A stretch of DNA of 64,000 nt from Microbotryum violaceum (taxonomy: Eukaryota): NCBI GenBank assembly GCA_001244265.2, contig CDLV01000007.1, positions 2,480,001 through 2,544,000 of the forward strand, written 5' to 3'. The position numbers were made by a program, and so were the translations under genes. The notes under the pieces are model-generated. The model saw only the letters and a program-made list of their open reading frames with translations, was not told the origin of the DNA and did not search any database. Below are positions 1-12,873 of the stretch, in pieces (the stretch's first letter is position 1; each line of letters starts with the position of its first letter).

Positions 1-174
1 ATCGAACTGTAGCAGCGAACGTTCTCAGGGAGGATTTATCTCGTCAAGGGCCGTTTCTGTGCTACAAGTCTTGTGCATTCACGTCCGAGGTCTCTTGGCA
101 CGACCCTTAAACATCTAAGTCAAGAAGGACCCCCCCCCCCCACCCCACTAGAACCTGTTCCCTTTCACTCATGG

Positions 175-2926
175 TCAATCATCAAGCACCAACACCTCCT
201 CCACGGCCTCACCACCCTCGACCACTTTCTGCACCTTACTCTGTGTCTTCTGATCCCCCTTCAAATCCGCTTCCACCGCCGTCCGTTTGATACCCTTCTT
301 CGGCTCTTTCGTCGTCGACATCGACGTCGTAGCATCCAACTCGGTGATGATGAACCCGTCATCTTCGTCGTCGTCGTCGTTTGTTTGTGCATCGTCCTCC
401 TCTTCTTTGACAATAGGTTTCGGCGCCTTCCTCGGGATGGGGGAAGGGATTTCCCCGTCCACTTTGAACGTCTCCGAAACTTCATCGGATAAGCTCGATC
501 TGTGGGGTTCCATCGACTCGCGTGTACCAATCAGAAAAACCGAATCCGACAAGGGGTCCTCACGACACCCCCCCCCCCCCCTCGCGCAAAAACCGATCGA
601 GAGTCAGGGGGAAGACTCACCCTAACGAAAACACCACCGGCCAAGGTTGAGGTTCTTCCTCGTCCTCCATAACGGTAAGGAAACTTCCCTCTCCTACCCC
701 CAATTCAACCAAAGTTTTATCCTCGTTATCTTCAAAATCTTCACGTTCGTACAAGATTTTTGAACCTTGCGCGATGGAGATGAACCCTTTCCAACCTAAT
801 TCTTTTTCGACGATCTGCGTGACAAAGTCACCCAAGGTCGCAGAAGTTTTGGCGTGAATGGGAACGTACACGGTCCTACAGATCGAGCATTGTTCATTCG
901 GGACGAGCAATTCCATAGGGTTGAAGACTCTGCCTGAATTACGGGAAAGGTAGACCATCTTGGCTGTGACCCAATCGTTACGAAGGACGTTGAGAGCTTG
1001 AAGGACTAAAACGCCAGCGATGATGGCGTTCGTCGTCGCGATAGCGGGGATGATGTTTCCCGCGTATTCTTTGACTTGAAAACGGGTCTGTGACTCGATG
1101 TTGAAGCAGGATGCGCGAAGATTCGCACAGGCGACGACAAAGTCGAGGGTGTCGTCGTCATCTTTGTCGAAGGAGAGGGGGGAGGTCGGGGAGATACGCG
1201 AGGAGAGACGCTCGATTGATGAGATGAAAAGATTGAACGAGTCGCGTAGGGTTAAGGTGCGTTGATCTTTGATCAGACCTCTGGTCGAACCGTTCGTCTT
1301 TGTTGGGTTCGCAGTCGACTCGGTCGCCGCGTCCGCGCTCGTCGAGGACGAGGTCGAGGTCGAGGACGAGGTCGAGGTCGAGGCCGAGAGTTCGTCCCAT
1401 GACAAAGGGTGAGGCGGTTTGCGGTGCTTCCACATGTCCTCCATCTTGAGCAGTCGATTGATGTCTTGCGAGTAAACCTGTTGAGCGTCTAACCAGATTA
1501 AACCCCTTTGACCTTGTGCCCAAACGAGGCTCTTCGAACGTTGTCGGGCGGGCGGACCCACCTTGTCAAACACCCTCTTGGCAGCGCCAGCTTCAGCCAG
1601 CGATCCACGCAATTGTTTGATCGCAGCTGCTTCTTTGCGAAGTTCTTGAATTTCCTCAGCTGTGGAAGCGGTCGCTCGAGGGTCAGTTCGGTCCCAACCA
1701 CAAGGGATGCAGGAGCAACCAGGGCACACACCATTCTCGCCGTTCTTCTCGGCATCGTCCAATTCTTGCCCTTCGGCCTCATCATCGGCGCCGTACAGTT
1801 GGCTGAGAGGTACAATTCGATAATAAGTAGTGTACATAAACAAGTTTATAGATATCGCGCTCACGGGAAAAGGTAGCTCTTGGCCCAAGCGATGCAATGA
1901 TGGGCCGTGGAGGGCGTACTGCGGATCGTGCAGACGGCGAACGTCTTGGGAACGGGTTTGGCTGAAGGGAGAGTCCAAGAAGAGGTGATCAGCAGTGAAA
2001 CTAGTCTTTCGTGCACCTGGGATATCATATCGCGATCATGCACCTGTACAGTCGTAGCATTCGGTCTGGTCCTTTTTGATGGGTTGGACTTGGCCCGTGT
2101 AGCCGGACGTGCCAGATTCGATCAAGGGGACGTCGGCGGCCAAGCACATCTTGTTGACGTGCCTCCGAGCGTCTGCACACAAAAGAGAGGTTCGGATTAG
2201 CATGATGTGACAGAGGTGTTGCGTCGATATGATGGAATCCTGACCCAGGTTGTCGAGGGCGTTCATGACGAAATCGAACGATTTGAAATAGTCGACATTG
2301 TACTCTGCGTCCTGTAGATCACTGATCTATCTCAATAGGCTGATCCAAGGTGCCACGGAGCGGTTCGCGCACCTTGATGTTTCTGTGCAAAGCCTCGATG
2401 TGGACGTTGGGGTTGAACTTGAGCGCGGTCTCGCGGGCGACCTGGTCGTAACCATCAGAAGGTGAGCGCTCAGTTCGAATCTTGATCCTCGCCGTTCGTA
2501 GCTTGGGCACTGACCACAGCCTTGGGTCGCTTGACGTGTTGTTTCTGGAACAGGAACTGGCGGTTGAGGTTGGAGAGGTCGATGGTGTCGAGATCGAGCA
2601 CTTGGATCAGCGCGTTTGAGCCGCCTCCGAAGCCGGTCATGACTGCAGGTATAGGGGGTTCAGCGTTGGCTACTCATCAATAGTGCCTGGAATGCTCACC
2701 CATGTTTTTGATCAATTCGCAACCGATTCCACCCGCGCTGCAGCGGCCATGATCGCGTCGTAGCTAAAGTCAACTCGGGCACAAAACCTCACCAGGTGCA
2801 GCTGCGACCTGACCGGGACGATCGTACTCACCCTACGACCAGGACACGACTGTTGTGCACCTTGGCAAACAGCTCATCGCCCAGGATCGCTCGTGAATGG
2901 GCGTACCGGTTCGTAGGTGGGGCCAT
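175..2926 (-). CDS. UBA2: SUMO-activating enzyme E1 catalytic subunit (Uba2/SAE2), multi-exon
   Basis: Spliced minus-strand exons give [38 protein letters not shown], the catalytic [35 protein letters not shown] and a C-terminal CxxC (CSIC). ATG at 2926, stop at 175. Confidence 0.95.
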
Positions 2927-3269
2927 GAGAGCTGTGACGACGCGTATGCGGGTGAGTACGGGTGAGAACGGGTGAGTGCACGAGCTCAAACTAATGAACT
3001 AATAGCGACGGCCGACCCAAGGCAGCGGTCAAAGCGCGCTTGGATTCGCCCCAGGAGACGGGCTACACGGGTTAGTTTTAAGTTTTAAGTCATAAATTCC
3101 AGCTAGTAATCGCGTCGTCGGGCTTCGGTCGCGCTCCTAATAGAAAGAACGTAACCTAATCCGGCTGCATCTGACATCGCGCTGCAATAGCAACCTCACC
3201 CCGCGACCGCCTCTTACCTCCTGCCGCTTTCCTACTCGACCTGCTCACCTTCCCTTCCCTCTCCCACTC

Positions 3270-5652
3270 ATGGCTGCACAGGATGTGCTCCCCCCACCTG
3301 TGCAGGATTCGGTCGACATCAGCCATACACCTCTCATCCCTTCCACCTCCGCTTCGACCTCCACCTCGAGCGCACGACCCGATGCGCATACCCAACGCTA
3401 TGACCGTCAATTGAGGTCAGTCGTCTGACGCGAGCTGAGAGCTGCGAGCTGAGAGCTAGGGGATTGCCGCTGAGCTGATTCTGGGCGGGCGGCGGCGGCG
3501 TGCATCACAGGTTGTGGGCCAAGTCGGGTCAATCCGCTTTGGAGAATGCCGATATCCTCGTCGTGAATGCGACCGCTACGGCTGCACAGACGCTCAAGAA
3601 CCTCGTTCTTCCCGGTCCGTCACTTTTTCCCTCCTCGACTCATGTGGGGTTCGAGCTCCACCTCGGCTTTGGAACGGCCAACTGACCTGACCGGACTCTC
3701 ATCGACGCTCGCCAGGTATTGGCAAATTCACCCTCCTCGATCCGACCAAGGTTCAAGGCTCTAGCATTGGCAACAATTTCTTCCTCGACCCGACCAGCCT
3801 CGGTAAGAACAAGGCCGAGCAAGTGACCCAGTTCTTGCTCGAGATGAACAACGACGTCAAAGGGGAGGCCATAGTACAGGTGTGTTCGCGCCACCATACC
3901 GCTCTCCAACAACGGAGCTGATCTCTTGCGGCCATAAACGACAACCAGGACCTCTCCTCGGTGCTTTCGACCTCACCCGAAGCGCTCGAAAAGTACTCGC
4001 TCATTATCGCCGTCGACGTCAACCCGACCGATCTGCTCCAGCTCTCAGACCTCGCATGGAAGTACCACATCCCCCTTATCAAAGTACGATCCTGTGGTTT
4101 TTACGGGTCTTTGACGACTCAAATCAACGAATTGCCTAGCAAGTCCCTTGAAACCTTTCCTCAAGATGGAAAGCGATCCTAGCTCATCCCGAGACTTTTT
4201 CGTCCCACAGTCGTCGAGACCCACCCCGAGAGCCTGATTGACCTCCGAGTGCATCACCCGTTCCCCGAACTGATCGAGTACGCCAACACGTTCAACTACG
4301 ATCGCATGGACAGCGCCGAGTTTGGCCACGTCCCCGCCGTCGTCATCCTCGTCAAGGCGTTGCAGGAATGGCGAGAAAGCGTGAGCATGAGCTTTACGCT
4401 CAGTATAAAGACCCTGTATTCGCACTGAAAAAATCTCTTCCTACGTTTCTCACTCAGCACGAAGGGAAAGGACCCAGTACGACAACCGAACGCAAGCAAT
4501 TCGCCGACTCGGTCCTGGCCAAGAAGCGCCAGCACGACGACGAGAACTTTGACGAGGCCGTGACCTTGTTCAGGAGAGCGGGAACAAAAACGGGAGTGCG
4601 TCGCCCCCCACCTGGATCATCCCAAGTCGACTCATTTTGAAGAAAGATTCTGACTCTCGAATTGCCGTGCACAGATCCCGAGTGAAGTGCAGGCGTTGTT
4701 CGACGATCCGTCGTGTGAGGACGTCTCTGCCTCTGTGCGTCGTTGAGCCGCGTCGAGATCCCTGAGCGAGCCTAGCTGATTAGAATTGGAATAACTGTGC
4801 ACAGTCCGCCAACTTTTGGCTTCTCCTGCATGCCGTTCGTCTCTTCACCCTTCACGCGTCGAACCCTTCCGGTCTGTTACCCCTCTCCGGAGCTCTCCCC
4901 GACATGAAGGCGCATTCGTCCGTCTACGTCGGTCTACAAAATGTCTATCGCACCCAAGCCCAACAAGATCTCAAACTCACCACTTCCTTACTCTTCCAAC
5001 TCCTTCAATCGCTCGGTCTCGATTGCTCCAGAATCGAAGTAGAAGAGATAGAGACTTTCGTCAAACATTCGGCTTACCTCAAAGTCGTACGAGGGAGGTC
5101 CCTGAGGATGGAGATTGAGGATTCCTTGTTGAGTGAAGAGGGCAAGTTGAAGGAAGCGATCGAGGCATCAAAATGGGACGTTGTGCCTACGCGAGCTGTG
5201 GAGATTTATTTGACGTTGAGGGGGGCTGAAGTGTTTTATGAGAGGAGGGGGAGGGAACCGGGGACTGGGGAAGGGGATGAGGAGGGTACGGCGGATAGGG
5301 AAGACTTGGTGGGAATCGTCAAGGAGGTTGTGGAAGGTCTGGGAGGGGGATTGGACGAAGAGGCGTGGGAGGAGATTGAAAAAACGTGTTGGGAAGTGTG
5401 AGTTACCAATCGAAGTGGCTTTTTCGTCAGCTTTTGCGGGTGATTTCAAGCGAATATTTGAAAGCTGAAGCTGTTTGTTGGACCTGGAACAGCTGTCGAG
5501 CAGGCGCGTCGGATCTGCCTCAGATTGCTGCTTTGTTGGGGGGGATGGTCGCGCAGGAGGCGATCAAGATCGTGACTAAGCAGTATGGTCCGCTCAATGG
5601 GACGTGCGTGTTGAATGGCATTGCCTCGGCGACAGGGGTCGTCAAAGCTTGA
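3270..5652 (+). CDS. ULA1: NEDD8-activating enzyme E1 regulatory subunit (APP-BP1/Ula1/NAE1), multi-exon
   Basis: Spliced translation gives RYDRQLR|LWAKSGQSALE, TLKNLVLPG|IGKFTLLD, VETHP, DDENFDEA, LSGALPDMKA and IAALLGGMVAQEAIKIVTKQY, all typical of APP-BP1. Introns are GT-AG. Confidence 0.92.
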
Positions 5653-6173
5653 TTGAGCGTAGGGGAAAGGGCCGGGAAATTGGGAGAGAGGGTAGGTAGA
5701 GTGGAGAGAGCATGGCGAAACTTGAAACGTCTTTTGAGCATTGATCATACTGGCATTGCAAAAAACATTCGGCACGCAGGAAAGAGGGCAATATGCACCT
5801 GACCCTGTCTACTAGTGTCCCGAATTATAACTCGAAGAGAACGCTGACAGCGATCGATTCCCAAGCAACACACGGTACCTGTCCTACACTGTCCTAGCAC
5901 TTTTCACCCACGTCCGGAGATTTGACCGTCCGCCAATCAGAACGGCTTCTTTGCGACTGAGCCTTTTTGAGAGGCGCGAGCGAAGGCAGGCACGGCAGGC
6001 TCGGGGACGCGCGCCTATTGAAGTCGACTGGACGGAGAGCCGTGGTGGGCCGAGCGCCTGAACACCGAGACGGAGCTCGGGAGTTTCACTCTTTCTTTCA
6101 CCTTCTCCCCACCACATCCTCTCTCCACGTTCCCTCTTCCTCAAACACATATCCAATCAACAACTTTCTGAAC

Positions 6174-7777
6174 ATGTCTGTGAGCCATGCATGGATTGTC
6201 CCATCCCCTCCTGGGTTGCTCCGTATTGCTGACCCGTCGTTGCCCGTTCCGGTTCGACCAGGACAACTCCACGTGAGTGAGCGAGCACTTTATCGAGGCG
6301 CGCCGCCGGCCTCCCCGCACGGCACACGGCGGTCGATGTGGCGGTGGGATTCCTTCGCCGCCTGCCTACTCGTCACTTCTCATTCATGAGCCTCACCAAT
6401 TGCTTCTGAATGCCTGCCACCCACAGCCCGGCCAAGTGCCCCAAAGGAGGCGACTGCACCTGCGGGCAAGCTGACAAGGTAAGCCTCGTCATTGAGTTGG
6501 CGACGACGACTCGCGCTTGGCGCTCCATTTGCGACGGCGTTGGACGAGGCGTACGTCAGCTGACTCCCCCACCCGTCGGTTGTTCGTTGCATACAGTGCG
6601 GATCGAGCTGCTCATGCTCGACCACCCAAGCTTGTGCCTGCAAAGCCGCTGAAGGGTCAGTCATCTCAACGGTCTCATTGCCCTTCTCGATGGGGTCGCG
6701 AATAAAGCGCTCTCTCCTGACTCAACGTCCTCCTCGCCACTATTCCGCGCGCCACAGAACCTCGACCTGCTCGTGCGCCGAGGGTCAATGCGCCTGCGCC
6801 CAAAAGAAGGCTGAAGAGCCTGCCAAGTCGTAAGTCTTTGTTACATGTGATAGAATACAATTAGAAATCATCATGCTCATGCTGACTCGATGGATCCTCT
6901 GTTTCTCCACTTGCGGCCCGGCCTCCTGTCTTCCCACCATCCCCACAGTGGCTGCTGCAAGTCCAAGATCTCCGAATCCACCCCCGCCGTCGTGACGGCC
7001 GAATCATGCGGCTGTGCCTCCTTCTCCTGCAACTGCGGGGACAATTGCACCTGCTCGTCCTGCGACCGCGGCGCCTCGACCAAGTCGTGCGGCGGCACGG
7101 GTCCCCAAGCGTGCTGCAAGCCTGGAACGCCAGCCGGTTCGTGCGGTTGCGCATCGACGTCTTGCACGTGTGGTGAGGACTGCCAGTGCTCTTCGTGCAC
7201 TCGTTCGAAGGCCAAGAAGTCATCCAACACCTCAGCTTGCGGTTCGTCGTCCAAGTCGTGCTGCTCCAAGAACGATAAGTCGACTGGACCTCAAGACTGC
7301 TGCAAGCCCGGCTCGTCCGCTGGAACGTGCGGTTGCGATTCCTCCTCGTGCAACTGCGATGATAAGTGCACTTGCTCTTCCTGCCCCAAGGGGAAGGGAA
7401 AAGCCACTGGTCCTCAAGAATGCTGCAAGCCCGGCTCGACCGCTGGAACTTGCGGCTGCGACTCATCGTCGTGCAACTGCGGTGACAAGTGCACTTGCTC
7501 GTCCTGCCCGAAGAACAAGGGCAAGTCGACCGGCCCTCAAAGCTGCTGCAAGCCCGGCTCGACTGCTGGAACGTGCGGTTGTGATTCATCGTCGTGCAAC
7601 TGCGGCGACAACTGCACTTGTTCGTCGTGCCCCAAGAATAAGGGCAAGTCAGCCGGACCTCAAGAATGCTGCAAGCCCGGCTCGACCGCTGGAACGTGCG
7701 GCTGCGACTCGTCGTCGTGCAACTGCGGTGACAAGTGCACCTGCTCGTCCTGCCCGAAGGCCAAGACCTCCGCTTGA
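6174..7777 (+). CDS. Long modular Cys-rich metallothionein (probable Cu-thionein), ~342 aa, ~70 Cys
   Basis: Predicted exons 6174-6179, 6262-6272, 6427-6478, 6597-6655, 6758-6829 and 6949-7777 join in frame (1029 nt). The protein has six CxC-x4-CxC-x3-CxC-x2-C units resembling fungal Cu-MT boxes, plus CC doublets, and almost no aromatic residues. Confidence 0.88.
7283..7760 (+). repeat. Four tandem 123-bp coding repeats (41-aa MT module)
   Basis: tgctgcaagcccggctcg recurs at 7298, 7421, 7544 and 7667. Confidence 0.95.
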
Positions 7778-8600
7778 GCAGTAGTCTCAACATCCCACAC
7801 CACGTCAAGAGCAACCCGACGTCTTATTCAACCCCAGAACCCGGTGGAAGTGTTTTTCTCGGAAGGTGCAACGATTTTAGACTGGCATTGTAAGCTATCG
7901 TTAGTCGTGCTGCGGTTTCGGGTCTGCATGGAATGATTATCCGAGCTTCTTTTTATTCTTGCTTAAACATTTGGACGTTCTGGTATGAACATGTGCCTTT
8001 CGTTTCCGAGAGAGTGGATATGAGGCTCGAGTGTTCTTTTCGCCTGCGTGACCCTGCGAGCAGTATGCTTGCCGCTAGTCATCCGACTCCTGAGCCGAAT
8101 ACGCTGAGCCGAATACCGGCTCTTATAGTCGCTGTGAGGGACGAGACGAGCGAGCACCCATGCGCATCTGGATTGGGCCCGTACGACCATTCAATGAGGT
8201 CGTTCGTCAAACTAGGCCGCGCCGCTGGCTTCGGGTTCGGTCCGGTCACGCGCTAAGCCCTGATCGGGAAGGCGGCTTGCTCATTTCGCCACGACGACGA
8301 CCGACACAACCACGATCGCTCTCCTCCTGGAACTCCACTTCAAAGCCCCGGCAGTGGCGATTCTCAGGGACTCGAAACCATCACTCTTTAACATCAAACA
8401 CGTTTTGGCCCTCTGGACCCTCAACCCGTTTTCCAAGGTACAAGGAGGCTCGTCATCGTTGCGCACAGTCTGGATTATAAGAGAGCCCAAACGAGTCGTG
8501 ATCTCGACGCCGAAGTCGGAGTCCGGTGAGCCCGACTTGAGCCGCAGGGAGGAACCGCGACACTCTATCGCTCGAACGGCCCACACCAAGTTCAAGAACA

Positions 8601-11600
8601 ATGGCCCCCATGCGGATGTACTCCCTCGGACGCCTCCTCGTCGTGCTCTTCTGCCTCATCTTCGTCCTGCGCCTCTTCAGTCCACCGGCACCAACCGACC
8701 AAACCTTGGACGACGGCGACGAGCGAGAAGCAGGGTGGTCCGAACGTTTGGGTCTGGATCGTTATGCCGATTGGGAAGCTGGGGTGACGAACAAGTGGGG
8801 GAGTGGGTTGGATGTGGTCAAGCAGGGGATTAAGGGGAGTTTGGGATGGGGATCGCAAGGGACTCGATTGGGGAGCTTGTACGAGGTGAGTGCTCGCGAT
8901 AGACTGGAGTGGAGGACTTCGCATGATGAGATAGAGCCGAGTGGGGTGCACCTACTCGAGTTACCCCGCACCCGGGGTGTGAATTCCGGGTTGTAATAAA
9001 CTCAAAAGAACGCCTTCGCATGTCTTGCGCGTCACCCAATTCCAGTAAAGGCCCAACGCTGACCCCTAAATGCCGCCTTCGCTCTCAACCCCCACACAGC
9101 TCGTCGCTTCGTCAGATCCATCACCAAGACCAGCATACTTCGATGCTCGGACATCATTCGATCGTATACGGCTCACCTCAGCTCGGTATCTTGGCCAGGG
9201 GCCGAATGACGACGAGCCTACGACCGAATCTTCGGCTGCAGAAGCTGAGGACAATATCGCCTCTTTGACACGGCGGCATATTCTCGTGACGGGAGGGTTT
9301 GGGTCGCTAGGGAGATATGCCGTTCGCGACCTTCTATTGGGACACTCTTCGGGCGCCTTTAAAGCAAAGACGTCGAAAGATCCTGACGAATGGGTAGCCG
9401 TACCGGGTCAAGCACCCCCGATCGACCCAAGTCGCGAAGATTTGCTGATCACCATCGTCGACGTCGAGGACCGATCCGCCGAGCTCGACTTTCTCTTGCA
9501 CAACGCCCCGATCGACGAAAAACCTAAAGTCAAGGGGACTGATCCTCGAGCATCGGCTTTTGCTTCGAGTGAACGGAGTATCGACAGTTTCAAGAGGCAG
9601 GGGAAGCTGAGGATCGTGATAGGGGATGTGCGCGATAAGGACCTGATGAAGAAGCTGTTCTCACCTGATGGGATGGTTGTGACCGAGTTGGCGACGCAAC
9701 AATCTCGTGCGGTAGGAGAAGTCAAACCCATCGTGGCAGGGGGTCATCTTACGACGACGGTTAGAATCCCTCCGGTTTCGGGCATTATACACCTTGCAGC
9801 CTACAACCCCTCAGCATGCCGACTGAATCCGCGGGATTGCGAAAATGTAGAATCGGAAGGGATGGACGTCATGTTGGAGCAGCTCGAACGACCCGGTCTC
9901 GAAAAACCACCCTCGTCGAAGTCGAACGCCGTCTTCGCGAACCGACCTTGGATCGTAGTACCCAGACGAAGAAATTCTTGGAATGATGTCCCCGAAGCGT
10001 ACAATCGCAACGCATCGGAGCTATCGACGGAAGGGGCCATCGAGGCGCTCAAAACATTCACCCTTCATCACCCTCTGCATTCGCTCTTGCTGCGCCTTCC
10101 TCCTCTCGACTCGATTGTTGGTGATCCTTACGCCTCTCGCTCGGAGATGATCCCTCATCTCATCGAGTCTGCATTGGGACACATGCCCTTGAATATTTAC
10201 ACCTCTCCCGATAATTACGAGCCATTCCTCGCCGCCAACGATGCTTCGCTGTCGATCATTCAGAGTGCTCGCATGCTCGAACTCGCCTCGCGGAAGAAGT
10301 TTCTGCGTGCACTTGGATTTGTCGCCGAGGTCGACGTGGTCGGTGCCGAACGGAGAACGAAGGGCCCGAGCACGCTTCCGATTGTCGACATGGTCAAGAC
10401 CATCATCCAATTAACGTCGAGCCAGTCGCCCTTCCTCGAGATCAAGCAACTCAATGCTACCTCGTCGCCGAGCGGCTTGAATGCCGATCAACTGAAGGAG
10501 CAGCAAGCGTCATTCCGCAAAAGGGCAGACAAGATCATTGGGTTCAGACCCTCGACCACTCTGCGCGTCGAGCTCAAGCGCTATATTGCCGGCGTCTTGA
10601 AGCGGCACATGTCATATTTGAGCAGCAAGATCAACGTCGCTTGCGCTTCGCCACCGTCGACCTCGGTACTCGAGAGCGGGATCCTGGCGTTGAACGGGTG
10701 CAGTGCGCAGCTATTGACGATCGTCGAAGGGAGCTATTGGATGTTGGGCTGCTCCGAGGGTGTCGAAGGACCTCATTTGGAACCATTGGCGATCCTCCCC
10801 GCGGTTCCGTTCAAGGAGGGCGTGCGCGCAGTTGAGATTGTTGCCGAACAAGGTCACGATGGTAAACCCGACCTGCAGCTACGGTGTCCGCGCTGGAAGG
10901 ATGGCGAACTGACGGGCGAGAGCGAGGTCATTATCTGGGCCGAGACGCGCGACGGAGGTGAATTTGCGTTCGCTTCCAAGCCGGGCGTGCACAAGATCGC
11001 GGATTGGTTCCCTGTCGAATTTGTCAAGCGCGATTCGAGGGCCTTCTCCCTTTCACTTCCGCCGACACAGGGCAAGGCCGAGGGCGAAGAGAAGAAACGG
11101 CACTTGATCATTCCGGAACCGACGTCAACGCTGAAGAAGATCATGTTCAAGACCGATGTGGACAACTTTAGGATCGCGCATTTCAAAATCAACCCTATTT
11201 GCTGTCCCAATAAAGACGTCAGCAAGGAAGGATGGGACTTTTTCAAAGAAGATCGTGAGTTATTCATTGGGCCGTGTTGGTGGTCGTCGTGAAGGGTGAC
11301 TAACCTACGTTGCACGCGCCACCCTTCAGCCCTGCTCGCCTCTCAAGTGATGTTCCCCGTCCAGGAGGGACACGTGTCTTTGATCGCCTCGACAACGAGT
11401 GTTCAAAGGTGTCGAGAGCTGCACGCCGAATCCGAACGCATCCGCAAGCTCCAAAGCGCCTTAGAACCCAAGGCTGCGGAGCCCGTATGCAACCCCAAAC
11501 GCGGCGACGTCTCTGGGTGGTCGGCAAAGTCTCTTCCCATCTGCCCTATCGACTGTGATGCACCACTCAAGTGCATCGCCACAGAAAAGTGCATGTGCAC

Positions 11601-12873
11601 GCGCGATCGATGCGGCATCTCCGGAAGAAATGGTCCCTTCCCCAGTGTTGCCGGGAGTGATCGAATCTCGTTCAGCAAAACCGTGGTCCCCGTCGCCAAG
11701 TTGACCTTGCAGCAGCGCGTCGATGCGATTCCATGGGAGCGCGTCCTCTTGCCCGGAGCACAACACGCGTTCGCGACGCCGCTCAACGATCTACCATTCG
11801 CCCACGTCATCGCGTTGCCCAAGTCCGTCGACAACCATCTCACTTCGCCCGCGTGCTGGAACATCGACAAGTCCCCTCTACCTTTCCTCGGGGACCATAT
11901 CCTGATCGAAGCGCTGAAGGAGAGGAGCGTCCCACTAGCGGAAGCCGACTTTGTCATGGTTCCATACTACCAGGGGTGCTACTACAACTACCTCCAAGAG
12001 AACACCTTCAAGAAACTCGCCGACACGATTGGGTTCACCGAGTCGCGCACAGCTTCGGTGCCTCACCTCAAGGCATCCAAGATCGTCGTACCCTTTACGC
12101 ACGACTTTGGCTCCTGCACCGGATGGTGGCCCAAACTCGGGGACGTCCTGGGCCGGACGCCGCCGGTGCCGATGGATCAGGCTCTGGCGTGGCAGGTTAA
12201 CGGCGACTACAACACCAAGTGCGTCAAACCTGACCGCGACGTCATAATCCCTGCCGTGACGAAGCATACTAAGGCGTTGCTCGAGACGCACAAGACGGCC
12301 AACGACATCGTCCCCGTTCAGGATCGAAAGTTTCTTGCTTTCTTTGCCGGTGGCGTCCGTGGCTTTGGCGCGATCGTCAGGACCAAGCTTGGCTGTGGCC
12401 GTTCGGGTGGTGAACATGGTTCAGGAAAGATTCTTTACCAGCAGTATGCGCCAGGTCAACGGTACCTCGGGACGCTCTCGATGGCTCGATTCTGCCTGCT
12501 GCCCCGTGGGATCCCAGCGTGGACGACTCGGACCTTCGAAGCGATCTATGCGGGCTGCATCCCTGCTTTTATTGTCGATCGCAACTTATTCCCTTTTCAA
12601 GACATCCTCGACTATTCCCTGTTCTCCGTCTCGATTCCCGAATCCGAAGCGCACCGCGTCGAAGAGATCCTCGAATCCTACCCGGAACAACAGCTGATCG
12701 AAATGCAAGCCGTTTTGGTCAAGGTGCGCGATGCGTTCGTCTTTGACCACGGGCATGAATGGGAAAGGAAGGGCCCGCTGTTTTTTGCTTTGGTGTCGAT
12801 GATGATGAGATTGGATTTGGGATATCCTCAAGTCGGGAGTTGTGGGACGGTGGTCAAGGATACGACGCAGTGA
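8601..12873 (+). CDS. Type II membrane exostosin-family (GT47) glycosyltransferase with an N-terminal NAD-binding SDR/epimerase-like domain, ~1327 aa
   Basis: Exons 8601-8885, 9100-11254 and 11330-12873 join in frame. Features: signal anchor LLVVLFCLIFVL, Rossmann motif ILVTGGFGSLG, a Cys-rich linker, and exostosin motifs ADFVMVPYY and FCLLPRG..WTTRTFEAIYAGCIP. Confidence 0.85.

Noticed and set aside
5820-6170. Copper-responsive elements upstream of the metallothionein
   Set aside because: Only very short GC-rich matches, indistinguishable from background.
6861-7814. Long alternative-frame and antisense ORFs over the metallothionein
   Set aside because: Shadows of the repetitive Cys/Ser-codon frame; only the Cys-rich frame links to splice-compatible exons.
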